Shown: positions 39,248 to 50,168, counted from the first letter of the stretch. The stretch: DNA of 64,000 nt from Phormidesmis sp. (GCA_965248535.1 CBDFJR010000005.1:320001-384000); one strand, 5' to 3'. Translations and numbers: made by a program. The notes: a model not told the origin generated them from the letters alone.

Positions 39248-41557
39248 CTAGCGTTTCTTCCCAAATTTCGATTTTAAGTCGTCTAGCGTTGGCGATTTTG
39301 ATTCAGACGTGGGTTGCTTAGGTTGAGTCTCACGTTTAGGAATCGATTGAGTTTCCTGTTTGCGAATCGGTTGAGATTCCTGTTTACGAATCGGTTGACT
39401 CTCTGAGCGATCGCCCGACTTCATCGATAGACTAATTCGTTTCAAGCCCTGATTGACTTCTAATACTCGAACCATTACAACCTGTCCAACTTTGACGATC
39501 TGCTGCGGGTCACTGACAAAGCGATCGGCGAGTTGTGACACATGGACTAAACCATCTTGATGCACTCCCACATCGACAAATGCGCCGAAGTTGGCGACGT
39601 TGGTGACTACGCCTTCTAGCTCCATTCCGACTTTGAGATCAGACATTTCTTTTACGCCTTCTTTAAAGGTGGCGTATTTGAACTCAGCGCGAGGGTCACG
39701 TCCGGGCTTTTCTAACTCTGCAATGATGTCGCGCAAGGTGGGTTCTCCGATCGTGTCACTCACATAGTTTTTGAGATTGGCTTTGAGGTGATCGGCAATT
39801 TGGCTCGTCTGCGTCAAGGGCAGCGCGAAATCTTTGGCGATCGCTTTCACCACACCATAGCTTTCGGGGTGAACGGCGGTATTGTCGAGAGGATTGTCAC
39901 CATCGCGAATCCGCAAAAATCCGGCGGCTTGCTCAAAGGTTTTCGGCCCCAGTTTGGCAACTTTGAGTAGGGCTTTGCGATCGCGAAAGATTCCGTTCTG
40001 ATTGCGATAGGTCACAATGTTATTAGCAATGGCAGGCGAAATGCCAGAGACAAAGGTTAGTAACTCTTTAGAAGCCATGTTGAGATCGACTCCGACATAG
40101 TTGACGCAACTCTCAACCGTCTCGTCTAGCTTCTTTTTGAGCAGTTTTTGATCGACATCATGCTGATATTGCCCCACCCCGATCGACTTGGGATCGATTT
40201 TGACCAATTCCGCGAGGGGATCTTGCAATCGTCGGCCAATGCTAATCGCGCCTCTGACGGTGATATCTAGGTCAGGAAACTCGGCGATCGCCACATCACT
40301 CGCCGAATAAATCGAGGCTCCCGACTCATTCACCATGACTTTAATCGGCTTTCGGTCTAGCGTTGCCAAAACTTCGGCGACGAATTCATCGGTTTCTCGT
40401 CCGGCGGTGCCGTTGCCGATCGCAATCAATTCAATCTTGTGTTGATCAAGCAGTTGTTTTAGCGTGGCGATCGCCTGCACTCGCTGATGTGATCCTGTGT
40501 GCGGAAAAATCGCCTGGTATTGCAAAAACTTTCCCGTTTGGTCGAGAACGGCGACTTTGCATCCCGTCCGAAATCCCGGATCGAGGGCTAGGGTTGGCTT
40601 CATTCCGGCGGGCGCAGACAGCAGCAACTCCCGCATATTTGACTCAAAGGTTTTGATCGATTCGATATCGGCTTCAGTCTTTTTCTCAGCCCGAACTTCT
40701 GTGATCAAAGACGTTTTCATCAATCGATTAAACGCATCTTTAAGCATCGATCGATAGAACACTCGCACCGATTTTATCTGACTGCGAATCTCGGATTCTA
40801 GATAATTTAGAACCGCATCTTCGTCAAAATCTAGATCAAAGTTCAGAATATTTTCGGTCTCACCCCGATAGAGTGCCAGTAGGTTATGAGGCGCGATCGC
40901 GCTGACTTTTGCCTGAAATTTGCGATACATCTCATACTTTGTGGAACCTTCGGCGTGGTCACTTTTAATGCTCGATCGGAACACGCCCGTCTCTAACAAA
41001 AACTCGCGCAGATAAGCCCGGAGTTCTGCCTTTTCTGAGACTTCTTCTGCCAGAATGTCGGCGGCCCCCTTGAGCGCTTCTTCAACCGTTTTAACGCCCT
41101 TCTCTTCAGACACAAACTTTGCGGCTTCGGCTTCTAACGATCGTGCTGCCCCATTGGGTTGATTGAGAGACTTGATGAACTGTGCTAACTCTCCTAAGCC
41201 TTTTTCTTTGGCGATCGTGGCCCGCGTCCGGCGTTTGGGTCTAAACGGCAGATAGAGATCTTCTAGCTCATTTTTTTGCAAACAAGATTCAATCTTCACC
41301 CTAAGCGGCTCAGTGAGCTTGTCTTGAGATGTGATCGAATCGAGAACCGTTTTTTTGCGCTCTTCTAACTCGGTTAAATAGGCGAAGCGATCGGACAAAT
41401 CGCGCAACTGCACCTCATCCATTTCGCCCGTGCGCTCTTTGCGATATCGCGCAATAAATGGCACAGTGGCTCCTTCTGCAAACAAATCCAGCGCACTTTT
41501 AACCTGAGCAGGATGCAGAGACAACTCTTCTGCCAGAAATTGGGAAATATTTAACAT
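39248..41557 (-). CDS. tex: Tex family RNA-binding transcription accessory protein
   Basis: GATVPFIARYRKE, LDPGFRTGCK, IGNGTAGRET, S1 domain; ESQPIRKQ repeats near the C-terminus. Confidence 0.93.
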   Translation of the reverse strand: MLNISQFLAEELSLHPAQVKSALDLFAEGATVPFIARYRKERTGEMDEVQLRDLSDRFAYLTELEERKKTVLDSITSQDKLTEPLRVKIESCLQKNELEDLYLPFRPKRRTRATIAKEKGLGELAQFIKSLNQPNGAARSLEAEAAKFVSEEKGVKTVEEALKGAADILAEEVSEKAELRAYLREFLLETGVFRSSIKSDHAEGSTKYEMYRKFQAKVSAIAPHNLLALYRGETENILNFDLDFDEDAVLNYLESEIRSQIKSVRVFYRSMLKDAFNRLMKTSLITEVRAEKKTEADIESIKTFESNMRELLLSAPAGMKPTLALDPGFRTGCKVAVLDQTGKFLQYQAIFPHTGSHQRVQAIATLKQLLDQHKIELIAIGNGTAGRETDEFVAEVLATLDRKPIKVMVNESGASIYSASDVAIAEFPDLDITVRGAISIGRRLQDPLAELVKIDPKSIGVGQYQHDVDQKLLKKKLDETVESCVNYVGVDLNMASKELLTFVSGISPAIANNIVTYRNQNGIFRDRKALLKVAKLGPKTFEQAAGFLRIRDGDNPLDNTAVHPESYGVVKAIAKDFALPLTQTSQIADHLKANLKNYVSDTIGEPTLRDIIAELEKPGRDPRAEFKYATFKEGVKEMSDLKVGMELEGVVTNVANFGAFVDVGVHQDGLVHVSQLADRFVSDPQQIVKVGQVVMVRVLEVNQGLKRISLSMKSGDRSESQPIRKQESQPIRKQETQSIPKRETQPKQPTSESKSPTLDDLKSKFGKKR

Positions 41558-41593
41558 GGGTCAATGTGAAGTGCAGTCGATCGGGTAAGCCAG

Positions 41594-42295
41594 TTAGTAC
41601 AAAGCCGGAATGGGTTGCTCTGAGGCCGCAGGCTGAGAGGTTTTTGGGGCCTGAGTCTGGGGTGAAGGCTGAGTCGAGGGCTGGGTTTGAGTAGAAGGCT
41701 GAGTGGTCGAAGGAATAATCGGAGTGGGAACCGCCGAAGGAGTGGTAGGAATAGGAATCTCTCTGCCGATCGGAATAAAAGTCGGCAGCAGATCACGAGG
41801 ACGATCGCTGGCATCAAGACAAGACGCGATCGCTTGTTTGCCGCCCACCTTAAGCTGGCTATTTAGCCCCACCACACAATCTGAAAACGTTTGAGGCAAC
41901 AGACTTCGACGACAGCTATCGAGCACATCGACGATCGCCGTATCGGTCACGCCGCGACGAATGCCCACCACGCAGCTTGCTGCATCAACCGGCCGCCGCA
42001 CTTGACGACAGATCGACAAGGCATCGGCTGCCGCCACTTTTTCATCAACGATGCGATTGACGCAGGTGCCCAAATCATCGGGTTTGAGGGCTTGACCACA
42101 CGCGTTAGCCGCCTCTGCTGCGGAAACTTTAGCACGGGTCAAATCAGCCGCGCAGGATTGATAGGGGTCGATCGCTCTCCCAAAAAGAGCCTTTGCCGGG
42201 GCCGCAGGTAGGGCGATCGCAATCAAACTTGCGGTCACGATCTGCGCGACGGGAAGCCGAAGCCCTTTGAGACTCATCAAATTTTGAATGTTCAT
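41594..42295 (-). CDS. Secreted Cys-repeat hypothetical protein with Pro/Thr/Gln tail
   Basis: Signal peptide, repeated C...P.....CV motifs. Confidence 0.75.
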   Translation of the reverse strand: MNIQNLMSLKGLRLPVAQIVTASLIAIALPAAPAKALFGRAIDPYQSCAADLTRAKVSAAEAANACGQALKPDDLGTCVNRIVDEKVAAADALSICRQVRRPVDAASCVVGIRRGVTDTAIVDVLDSCRRSLLPQTFSDCVVGLNSQLKVGGKQAIASCLDASDRPRDLLPTFIPIGREIPIPTTPSAVPTPIIPSTTQPSTQTQPSTQPSPQTQAPKTSQPAASEQPIPALY

Positions 42296-42443
42296 TATGG
42301 TCACACCAGCTAGAGAAGAGATAAAAGCGCCAAGTCGATCGTAGGGCACCCAGAGAAAATTGTGGCACGGAACTGGCAAGAAGCGATCACGATCGGGGTT
42401 CTTTTCCGAACCGACTTGCAGAATCGCTGTCTAAACTCAACCC

Positions 42444-42479
42444 AAAAAGCCCCCAATCCTAAATGAGAATTGGAGGCTT
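42444..42479 (-). terminator. Intrinsic terminator
   Basis: AAAAAGCCCCCAAT...ATTGGAGGCTT, T-tract on the minus strand. Confidence 0.6.
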
Positions 42480-42499
42480 AACTTAAGAGCTAAAACAGG

Positions 42500-42769
42500 T
42501 TAGTAAGCGCGGCGGCTGAACTGGTAGTACAAGAACAGCGCAATGATTGCACCAATGACAGCAACAATGATGCCAGGAATGCTTAAGGATGCAGACGTGA
42601 ACGCTAAGGTGCCTGTGTTGATCAAAGTAAAGATTGTGCCGCCAATAAAAGCGCCGACAATACCTAAGACCATTGTGCCCAAGATGCTGCCACCCTGCTG
42701 ACCGGGATAAATCGCTTTAGCGATCGCACCTGCAACAATTCCTAAAACGATCCACGCAATAATATTCAT
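42500..42769 (-). CDS. GlsB/YeaQ/YmgE family stress membrane protein
   Basis: IIAWIVLGIVAGAIAKAIYPG...LGIVGAFIGG. Confidence 0.9.
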   Translation of the reverse strand: MNIIAWIVLGIVAGAIAKAIYPGQQGGSILGTMVLGIVGAFIGGTIFTLINTGTLAFTSASLSIPGIIVAVIGAIIALFLYYQFSRRAY

Positions 42770-43183
42770 TGGCTTAACTCCTGTATGGTTTGTATGGTTT
42801 CAGTCTGGGTTATTTTCGCGATCTTGGGCTTCGCGATTTTTAAACTAGCTGGGTCAGAAATCGAAGGCTACTGAACTGAAATAGTTTGAAAGCTTTTGTG
42901 AAACTGCTTTCTCAAATTCAGACCAACTGCTCAGATCAACGATGTAGATGACTAATCACCAAGCTTTGCAGTGGCTCTTGTATCCAAATTACTCTCTAGA
43001 CGGCGGGCGACCATGTATCTATGGAAATAACGCTTCCTCTAGCCAAGGGCTGATTCTCGCAAAATGATGCCATCCCTAACGAAACGCCATCGGTTATGGT
43101 TTGCGATCGCAGTGCCAAAGCCCCTGACTCAATTGCCTGAGATGCAGGGAAATCTAATGCTAGACCCTCAAGGTAACTGCAAA

Positions 43184-44293
43184 ATGACTGAACCGGAGAA
43201 TGAATCAGAGTTAATAAAGCAAGCCAACCGAGGCGAGATCAGGGCAATTTTAGCGTTGCTCAAGCAGGCTTTTGCCGATCGAGAAATCACCGTGAAAGTG
43301 AGTCTGCAATCAAACTGTCTGCGAATCTTATTAGAATCTGATCGGGTGCCTGATGCTAAAGCTGCGATCGCGCTGATTCACGAAAAATTGCAGCATCTTA
43401 GAAGCGATCGCATTCAGTCAGTTCAGGTTTTTGGGCGAGTGACCGAAGTCAATCAAACTAGCTGGGCTGAGACCTTAAACTTAGCTCCAACGTCAACTGT
43501 AGCGGTTGATCTCGCTCAGACTCAGGCTGTCAAGCCGTCTCCCCGATCGCTAACTCAACCCATTGACTCAAAGGGACTGGGTGCATTGCTAACGGGATTC
43601 ATTCTTGCTATTTTCCTTACAATCATCAGTCCGTTGAGAGTTCTATTCTACGGCTTTCTTATTCTGGTTCATGAAGTTGGGCACGCAGTGACTCATTGGC
43701 TGTTTGGTCGCCCTGCCATCCCGACGGTTAACCTAGCTTATGGAGGCGGTGTCACCTTAACTTTCGATCAGTCTAAAATTGTTCTCTGTTTGATCTATCT
43801 TGCGATCGCGTTTCTGGTTTACTATTGTCGTCACTATCGATTTATTCTAGTGTTGTTAGGAATTTTCACTAGCGTTTATAGCTTTTGTCTAGCCAATTCC
43901 ACTAATTTAATGCTTTCGACGTTTATGGGTCACGGCATGGAGTTAGTTGCGATCGCGACCTGTCTATATTTATCAATGAGCGGATACTTTTGTCGGTTTT
44001 CGGGCGATCGCTCAATTTATAGTATGTTGGGATTTTTTACCCTATTCGCCGATGTTGATTTTTCCTGGAAATTAACTCATGATCTCGACTATCGAGAAAT
44101 GTATGAAGGAGGCATCGGTGGCGTGATCGATAACGATTTTGTGATTTTAGCGCGAGATTACTTTAACGTTAATCTATCCGTCGTAGCAAACGATTTTTTG
44201 ATCGGCTGCCTAGTGATTCCTCTCGTGATATTTCTAGTGTTTCGCTATGAGTTTTGGCTGCGTAAGCGGCTCGATTACCTTCTGCGATATTAA
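43184..44293 (+). CDS. Membrane metallopeptidase-like protein (M50-like; start uncertain)
   Basis: VHEVGH within a TM region, DND motif, multiple TMs. Confidence 0.7.
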   Translation: MTEPENESELIKQANRGEIRAILALLKQAFADREITVKVSLQSNCLRILLESDRVPDAKAAIALIHEKLQHLRSDRIQSVQVFGRVTEVNQTSWAETLNLAPTSTVAVDLAQTQAVKPSPRSLTQPIDSKGLGALLTGFILAIFLTIISPLRVLFYGFLILVHEVGHAVTHWLFGRPAIPTVNLAYGGGVTLTFDQSKIVLCLIYLAIAFLVYYCRHYRFILVLLGIFTSVYSFCLANSTNLMLSTFMGHGMELVAIATCLYLSMSGYFCRFSGDRSIYSMLGFFTLFADVDFSWKLTHDLDYREMYEGGIGGVIDNDFVILARDYFNVNLSVVANDFLIGCLVIPLVIFLVFRYEFWLRKRLDYLLRY

Positions 44294-44300
44294 ATAGCCG

Positions 44301-45446
44301 TCAGTCTTGCCACAAGCGCCGTCCTGGTTTGCCGTTTAATCGTTGGTGAGCATCGTTTAACAATTTAGGAATCTCTAGATTTTCTGGGCAGCGCGGCAGA
44401 CAGTCACCGCAATCATTACAGCGATTGGCTTTATTACCCGGAAACCAGTGCCCTGCATTCTCAAACATCCGATAGCGATATTCTCCAAAGCGAGTCATGT
44501 CATAAGCGATCGCCAAGTTTCGCAATCGCAGTACCTCTGGGATATGAATCCCTTGGGGGCAAGGCAAACAGGCATAACATTGGCTGCACAAATCAGTTTT
44601 AAGGGTCTGGGCTTGGTGAGTTTGCAGACGAGCGATCGCGGCTCTCCAGCCCGTGTTTGTAGCGTCTAAATCAAACTCTAGAAGCCCCTTGTCAGTCCCC
44701 ATCCAGGGCAGATCGAGTTCGGTGGAGTTGGCGGCTCCGACGCTCAGAGTCGTGATCGCCGGGCTGTCGAGCAGAAATCGATAATTTAGCTCCAAGGGCG
44801 AAAAAGGTGCACAGAGATCGATCAGCGTTTGAGGAGGCGTATGGAGCAGCCCAGCTTTATCGGCAGGCGAGATAATAAACACGCCCATGTCTTTTTGTTG
44901 GGCCAGCGCGATCGCTGCCTGATTGCGCTGAAAAAACAAGGAGTAGTGCAGATTAACAAACTCAAACAGATCGGTGGCGATCGCCGCTAAAATCACCTCT
45001 AAAAACCCGTGGGTCGAAAACCCCACATGGCGCACCCTTCCATCCGCAACTGCCTGCCGCACTGCCTGCATACATCCGTTTTCAGCCGTTACCAAGGTCA
45101 GATGCTCCCAGGTGTTTAAGCCGTGGATGGCCAGCGTGTCTAAATAATCGACCTTTAATCGCTGCAATGACTCCTCAATGGCTCGTTCCATCGTTGCTGC
45201 ATCAGGAGTGGGCGCAATTTTTGTCGTGATATAAAGCTGCGATCGCGGCAGCCCATTTTGCAGCGCCGCACCTAAAAATCGCTCACTTTCGCCATAGCCT
45301 CTCGCCGTCTCTAGGTGATTGATGCCTAGGGCGATCGCCCGTCTGATCGTCTGTTCTGCCACGTCTTGAGAAGTCAGGCAGCGCATTAACCCCAGAGAAA
45401 AGATCGACAGAGACAGATTAGTTTGACCAAAACGACGATAGTTCAC
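44301..45446 (-). CDS. Aldo/keto reductase with 4Fe-4S domain
   Basis: GINHLETARGYG; CSQCYACLPCP and CNDCGDCLPRCP. Confidence 0.9.
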   Translation of the reverse strand: MNYRRFGQTNLSLSIFSLGLMRCLTSQDVAEQTIRRAIALGINHLETARGYGESERFLGAALQNGLPRSQLYITTKIAPTPDAATMERAIEESLQRLKVDYLDTLAIHGLNTWEHLTLVTAENGCMQAVRQAVADGRVRHVGFSTHGFLEVILAAIATDLFEFVNLHYSLFFQRNQAAIALAQQKDMGVFIISPADKAGLLHTPPQTLIDLCAPFSPLELNYRFLLDSPAITTLSVGAANSTELDLPWMGTDKGLLEFDLDATNTGWRAAIARLQTHQAQTLKTDLCSQCYACLPCPQGIHIPEVLRLRNLAIAYDMTRFGEYRYRMFENAGHWFPGNKANRCNDCGDCLPRCPENLEIPKLLNDAHQRLNGKPGRRLWQD

Positions 45447-45454
45447 TAACGGTT

Positions 45455-45961
45455 TTATTGCGCCTCACCGCTGCTAAAGCGCCCGCGCTGGCTAAAATCT
45501 TCGGGGCTGAGTTGGTCAAGAAACTCACGAAACGCTTTGCGCTCGGCTTCATCGGCATCGCGATCGACGGGAATAGACGCATCGGCAATCACTTCTTCCA
45601 TCACCCAGATCGGGCTATTGGTGCGAATGGCGATCGCGATCGCATCGCTGGGTCGCGCATCAATTTCTCGTTTTGCTTCGCCCTGGTTCACAATCAGCAC
45701 AGCATAGAACGTATTATCTTGTAGAGAGTGAATCACGACGCGATCCAGAGTCATCTCCCACGATTCCATCAAATTGACAAACAGATCATGAGTGAGGGGG
45801 CGCGGAGGAGTCTGGTTTTCTAGAGCGCTGATGATCGCCTTTGCCTGATCTTGCCCAATATAGATCGGCAATGCTCGGCGGTCAGTGCCATCTTTGAGGA
45901 GCACGATCGGGCTGCGGGTTGCCGCGTCCAACGCAATTCCAGCGACCTTCATTTCAATCAT
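45455..45961 (-). CDS. Bifunctional nuclease family protein (DUF151)
   Basis: LPIYIG, RPLTHDL, DARPSDAIAIA. Confidence 0.92.
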   Translation of the reverse strand: MIEMKVAGIALDAATRSPIVLLKDGTDRRALPIYIGQDQAKAIISALENQTPPRPLTHDLFVNLMESWEMTLDRVVIHSLQDNTFYAVLIVNQGEAKREIDARPSDAIAIAIRTNSPIWVMEEVIADASIPVDRDADEAERKAFREFLDQLSPEDFSQRGRFSSGEAQ

Positions 45962-46285
45962 CGGTATAGCCTCTAGAACACTTGCAGCAAAAGAAACGTT
46001 AGATTCGTGAATAATGACAGAATCACCCGACTACTTAGCACACCTCATTTGGGGATCAAACAGGGATGCAGTCATCAGTATGCCCTGATTTACCCCCTGA
46101 TCCTAAATGATCCGCTTTAGAATTTGACAAAATAAAGAAGACTTCTCAGTTTTATCAAGTTTCTCAAAACGATTATTTGCTGACAAATTCAGCAAGCTCT
46201 CACAGATCGACTTCAGCCCACCGCCGCCAAAACTCTATCGCAGATTACGGCGAAAATCCCCATCCTTTACACCCCTTTAAGACTC

Positions 46286-46963
46286 GTGTTTACAGGACTG
46301 ATTCAAACCGTGGGCACCCTGCAAGCTTTAGGATCTGAGCGTCTTCAGATCCATTGCTCAACTTCTACAGCCGCCTTAATTTTAAAGGACTTAGCGATCG
46401 GCGATAGTGTTGCCGTCGATGGAGTCTGCCTCACGGTGACTGAGATTTTGACACCGGGGTTTGTGGCGGTTGTCTCTCCTGAAACCACAGGGCGCACCAC
46501 GCTGTCTCAGTCTACGGGCAACTCGCAGGTCAATCTAGAAACCTCTCTGCGGGTTGGCAGCAAGTTGGGCGGTCACTTTGTCACAGGTCATATAGATGGA
46601 ATAGGAACTCTCAAATCGGCTGTGCAAACCGCTAGCTCTTGGGAGATGACGTTTACGACGACCAGCGATCGGGTGTCCCGCTACATTCTCCCTAAGGGCA
46701 GCGTGGCAGTTAACGGCATTAGCTTGACGGTGGCAAACTGTGATCCCGATGGGTCGTGGTTCACGGTGGCGGTGATCCCTCACACCTATGCAGAAACCAA
46801 TCTCTGTCTCCTCAGCCCCGGCAGTTGGGTGAATTTAGAGGGCGATATTTTGGGTAAGTATGTGGAGAAGTTTCTACGATCGGGTTCCGCCAATCATGAG
46901 ATGGCGATCGGGTCTCCTGCTGACCTCAGTTCCGACTTTTTAGCAGAACACGGCTATCTGTAA
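46286..46963 (+). CDS. ribE: Riboflavin synthase
   Basis: MFTGLI, GDSVAVDGVCLTV, GGHFVTGH. Confidence 0.93.
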   Translation: MFTGLIQTVGTLQALGSERLQIHCSTSTAALILKDLAIGDSVAVDGVCLTVTEILTPGFVAVVSPETTGRTTLSQSTGNSQVNLETSLRVGSKLGGHFVTGHIDGIGTLKSAVQTASSWEMTFTTTSDRVSRYILPKGSVAVNGISLTVANCDPDGSWFTVAVIPHTYAETNLCLLSPGSWVNLEGDILGKYVEKFLRSGSANHEMAIGSPADLSSDFLAEHGYL

Positions 46964-47270
46964 ATTCATCAAAAATGTTGCATTGCAAGGTTCTACAGCG
47001 AAAAAGTTGAGTAGAGCCTTTTTTCATGGTTTTCATGGTTTAAAGCTTGCAAAAAAGACCAAACTATGGAAATGGAAAAATAAAGTTAAAGTACCACGAC
47101 TTTCCAGGTTAGCAGCAATGCCCGAAACCCGGCACAAAATGATTCTGCTGTCACAGCGTCTCATAAATGCTCTGCATCACCACCAGTCTGTCAGTCCCCA
47201 GTCTTTATCTAGGCGCGATCGGCTACGGTTAGCAATCCCGTGTCTACACTGACAACTTGAATATTGGAAG

Positions 47271-47546
47271 TCACGTAGCATTGCTCAATAAACTGTGTTT
47301 GGGTGTGCCGTAGAGATAGTGATCATGCTCGATCGCCCAATCTTCCGGCATATCTTTCACGGTTCCTACATAATTCTTGAGAACATCCCAAGCATTACCT
47401 CTTTCATTTGAGGATTCGGTTTGAGACAGCGGCACTTCGTCAATCACAAGGACAATTTTGTGATCACCTGCGGGAATGTCAGCAGGTAGCTGGAGCGTCA
47501 GCTTTCCGTCTGGAGCGACATGAGCGATCGTTTCGATAGTTTTCAT
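47271..47546 (-). CDS. Orphan antitoxin-like protein, running into a remnant of a PIN toxin
   Basis: WAIEHDHYLYGTPK motif; an overlapping frame at 47230-47295 reads QFIEQCYVTSNIQVVSVDTGLL. Confidence 0.65.
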   Translation of the reverse strand: MKTIETIAHVAPDGKLTLQLPADIPAGDHKIVLVIDEVPLSQTESSNERGNAWDVLKNYVGTVKDMPEDWAIEHDHYLYGTPKHSLLSNAT

Positions 47547-47594
47547 CTCAGGGTAGAAAGTTATTCGGTGAATGTTACGATCGCCAATTCTTTT

Positions 47595-48695
47595 CTAAGA
47601 TTTGCTGTTGCTCAGTTGGGCCGGAGCTTTCTGGGCGGTCTGCAAAGACTTGACTAACTGAGCCATTGCGTCTTCTAACTGCACGCCGGGATCTTGAGCC
47701 ACCCAGCCTTCGGTCGTCAGTTGTCTAAACTCAAAGTGCAGGTGAGGCCCGGTAGAGTTGCCCGTGCTGCCGACTCGCCCGATCGCTGTGCCTTGTTTGA
47801 CGATTTCACCCGGTTTGACAAAGATTTCTGAGAGGTGTCCATACAGGGTTTGCTGCCTGCCGTTGTCGTGTTCAAGCGCGATCGCTAATCCATATCCACC
47901 AAAAAAGTCTGCTAACACCACTCGACCTGACAGCGCTGCTAAGACTGGAGTGCCCATCGGCGCGCCGAGATCGGTTCCAGAGTGAAAGCGGGCATCGCCT
48001 GTGATCGGGTGAATTCGCCAGCCAAAAACTGAGGTGATTGCCACCGGAATCGAGATCGGAAACATCAGCCGCAGATTGCCGTTGCCCGGCTGACCCAGAG
48101 GGCGAATCGTGCGGTTATAGTAATCTTTGACAAAGCTGTAGGCGGGCGCTGCGGCAGCCGTGGCCGTGGTTTCTGAGCTATTAGAGAACTCTCTAGTCGT
48201 AGAAGCCAAACTAATGGGCACAGACTCGACCTGATCCACGATCGCAGTGCCATCGCTTTGGACGGGGGCGCTAGCTGCAACTGGGCGCTGACTACCACAG
48301 GCCCCTCCCACGATCGCTTGTCCAGGGTTAAGGGTGATCTCACAGCCCGATGCCCGATTGGTAATCACGATCGTGCTAGGTGCCTCGTAGGAATCTGACG
48401 GCGATCGGGGCACAGCAGGCAAAGGCTGCACGTCAACCTGCACGCGTTCTGATGTCGCAGCAGATGGCAGAGCCAAGGCAGCCGCGCCGCGAGTGGCAGG
48501 GCTGAGTTTTTGAGGGGCGGGTTGAACCCTAGTTGAGGGAGTCGAGACAATAACTAGAGGCACGTTAGCAGGAGCTTGGGCGATCGCAGACCCACTGCCC
48601 AAAATGCCAACTCCACCCAGATAACTCAACCGCCTGATCAATAAACGTTGCCTCCAAAAAAGCTGCTGGCGGGTTGCGTTGGGTTGCTGAGTCAT
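47595..48695 (-). CDS. M23 family metallopeptidase
   Basis: FGWRIHP, HSGTD, YGHL, GNSTGPHLHFE. Confidence 0.9.
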   Translation of the reverse strand: MTQQPNATRQQLFWRQRLLIRRLSYLGGVGILGSGSAIAQAPANVPLVIVSTPSTRVQPAPQKLSPATRGAAALALPSAATSERVQVDVQPLPAVPRSPSDSYEAPSTIVITNRASGCEITLNPGQAIVGGACGSQRPVAASAPVQSDGTAIVDQVESVPISLASTTREFSNSSETTATAAAAPAYSFVKDYYNRTIRPLGQPGNGNLRLMFPISIPVAITSVFGWRIHPITGDARFHSGTDLGAPMGTPVLAALSGRVVLADFFGGYGLAIALEHDNGRQQTLYGHLSEIFVKPGEIVKQGTAIGRVGSTGNSTGPHLHFEFRQLTTEGWVAQDPGVQLEDAMAQLVKSLQTAQKAPAQLSNSKS

Positions 48696-48843
48696 GATCA
48701 ATCTCCTCACAAATTGCTGGCTGCGCTGGCGTAGATGACTCTTGTCGAAAAGGCCCGTTGACAAGTTCCAGTCTACCCGACAGGATCGGGCTTTTCCAGC
48801 TAAAGTGAACGTGACTCTATTGACTACGCAGTCTCAATTATTC

Positions 48844-49614
48844 ATGCACACTTGGCACTGGCAAATCTGGAATCATCTCCCCTATTTAACGTGTAGCCTT
48901 CTAGAGCCTTGGCAACACGGCTTTTTTACGCAGCAGTTTGCGCCACGATCGCCCTTTGAGATCACGGAGTCGCTGTATCCATTAGCTCAGGCCTATCGAG
49001 TCAAACAAGTTCACGGCAACGTCGTGCTGGCACCGTCAGAGATGCCGAATCCATTGACGAACGAGAATTTGCTGGATGCCGATGGCGTGATTTCAGAGCG
49101 GGCCCATCAAGCGGTGTGGGTTTGCAGCGCCGACTGCACCCCCGTGCTGATTGCAGATGTCAAGACGGGTCAAGTGTCTGCTGTCCATGCTGGGTGGCGG
49201 GGAACGGCTCAAAAAATTGTGCCCACAGCGATCGCTCGTCTCGGTCAGCAAGGCAGTCAGATTCAAGATCTGCGAGTGGCAATGGGCCCGGCGATCGCCG
49301 GAGAAGTCTATCAGGTTTCGACTCAGGTGGCCGTTGAGGTGGGGGCAACCGTGACGGATCTCAAGAACTCTTTAGACGCGAATCTAGAGCAACTACTAGC
49401 ATTGCCTAATTCTCCGGTGCGGGCTGACTCGACACCAGGGCGGGCACGATTGGATGTGCGACGAGTCAACGCGATGCAGCTAGAGCGATTAGGACTGAGT
49501 GCAGAACAGATCGCGATCGCGCCTCACTGCACCTATCAAGACCCAGTAAATTTCTTTTCCTACCGACGTGAAAAATTGAAAAAAGCTCAATGGTCTGGCA
49601 TCGTGAGCGGTTGA
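48844..49614 (+). CDS. pgeF: Peptidoglycan editing factor PgeF (YfiH)
   Basis: QVHG, ADCTPVL, HAGWRG, FFSYRR. Confidence 0.9.
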   Translation: MHTWHWQIWNHLPYLTCSLLEPWQHGFFTQQFAPRSPFEITESLYPLAQAYRVKQVHGNVVLAPSEMPNPLTNENLLDADGVISERAHQAVWVCSADCTPVLIADVKTGQVSAVHAGWRGTAQKIVPTAIARLGQQGSQIQDLRVAMGPAIAGEVYQVSTQVAVEVGATVTDLKNSLDANLEQLLALPNSPVRADSTPGRARLDVRRVNAMQLERLGLSAEQIAIAPHCTYQDPVNFFSYRREKLKKAQWSGIVSG

Positions 49615-49648
49615 GGACGGGTCAATTTTATCTGCTGGACTGAGCGTT

Positions 49649-50092
49649 TTAGCCTTTGCCGTAGTATTTTTCTAGCAGCGATCGCAGCATATCCACCATG
49701 GGAATGTCGTCTTCGACTGCTTTCGCTTTAATAGCTTTGTGTAGCGGCTTAGAAATATCTAAAGTCAGCCGCTTCATTTTGACTGATTTCTCAGGCTGCT
49801 CTTTGGAGTCTTTGGCAGATTTTTTAGCGGGGATTTCAACGGGGGTCTCGTCAGGCTCTGCTGTCTCGATCGGGGCAGCAACCTTTGTTTTTGCCCCCTT
49901 CTTCGCAACCTGGACTGACTTTTCAGCGACAGGTTCTACGGCTGCAACGGGTTCTGCGATAGAAATTGACGCGACGAGAGCGGGGCTTTCTTCCACATTT
50001 TTTCTAGCAGCCCGCTCATCTGAGTGGGTGGGGGCTAACATTCCGTTTGATTTTGGGCTAGCTTTCGTTTTCTTGCTGACCATGTTCTGCAT
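49649..50092 (-). CDS. Hypothetical protein: disordered N-terminus, C-terminal ribbon-helix-helix-like domain
   Basis: KRLTLDISKPLHKAIKAKA...MVDMLRSLL. Confidence 0.65.
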   Translation of the reverse strand: MQNMVSKKTKASPKSNGMLAPTHSDERAARKNVEESPALVASISIAEPVAAVEPVAEKSVQVAKKGAKTKVAAPIETAEPDETPVEIPAKKSAKDSKEQPEKSVKMKRLTLDISKPLHKAIKAKAVEDDIPMVDMLRSLLEKYYGKG

Positions 50093-50168
50093 TTACGATT
50101 TAGTGTTTTTGCAGAATATCGTATTTACAGAAGCAAAGATCAGCGAGTTTACAAGAGTTGTCCGATCG

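Noticed and set aside
39320..39405. 24-bp tandem repeats near the end of tex
   Set aside because: Low-complexity linker (ESQPIRKQ) in a disordered tail; no sign of a separate element
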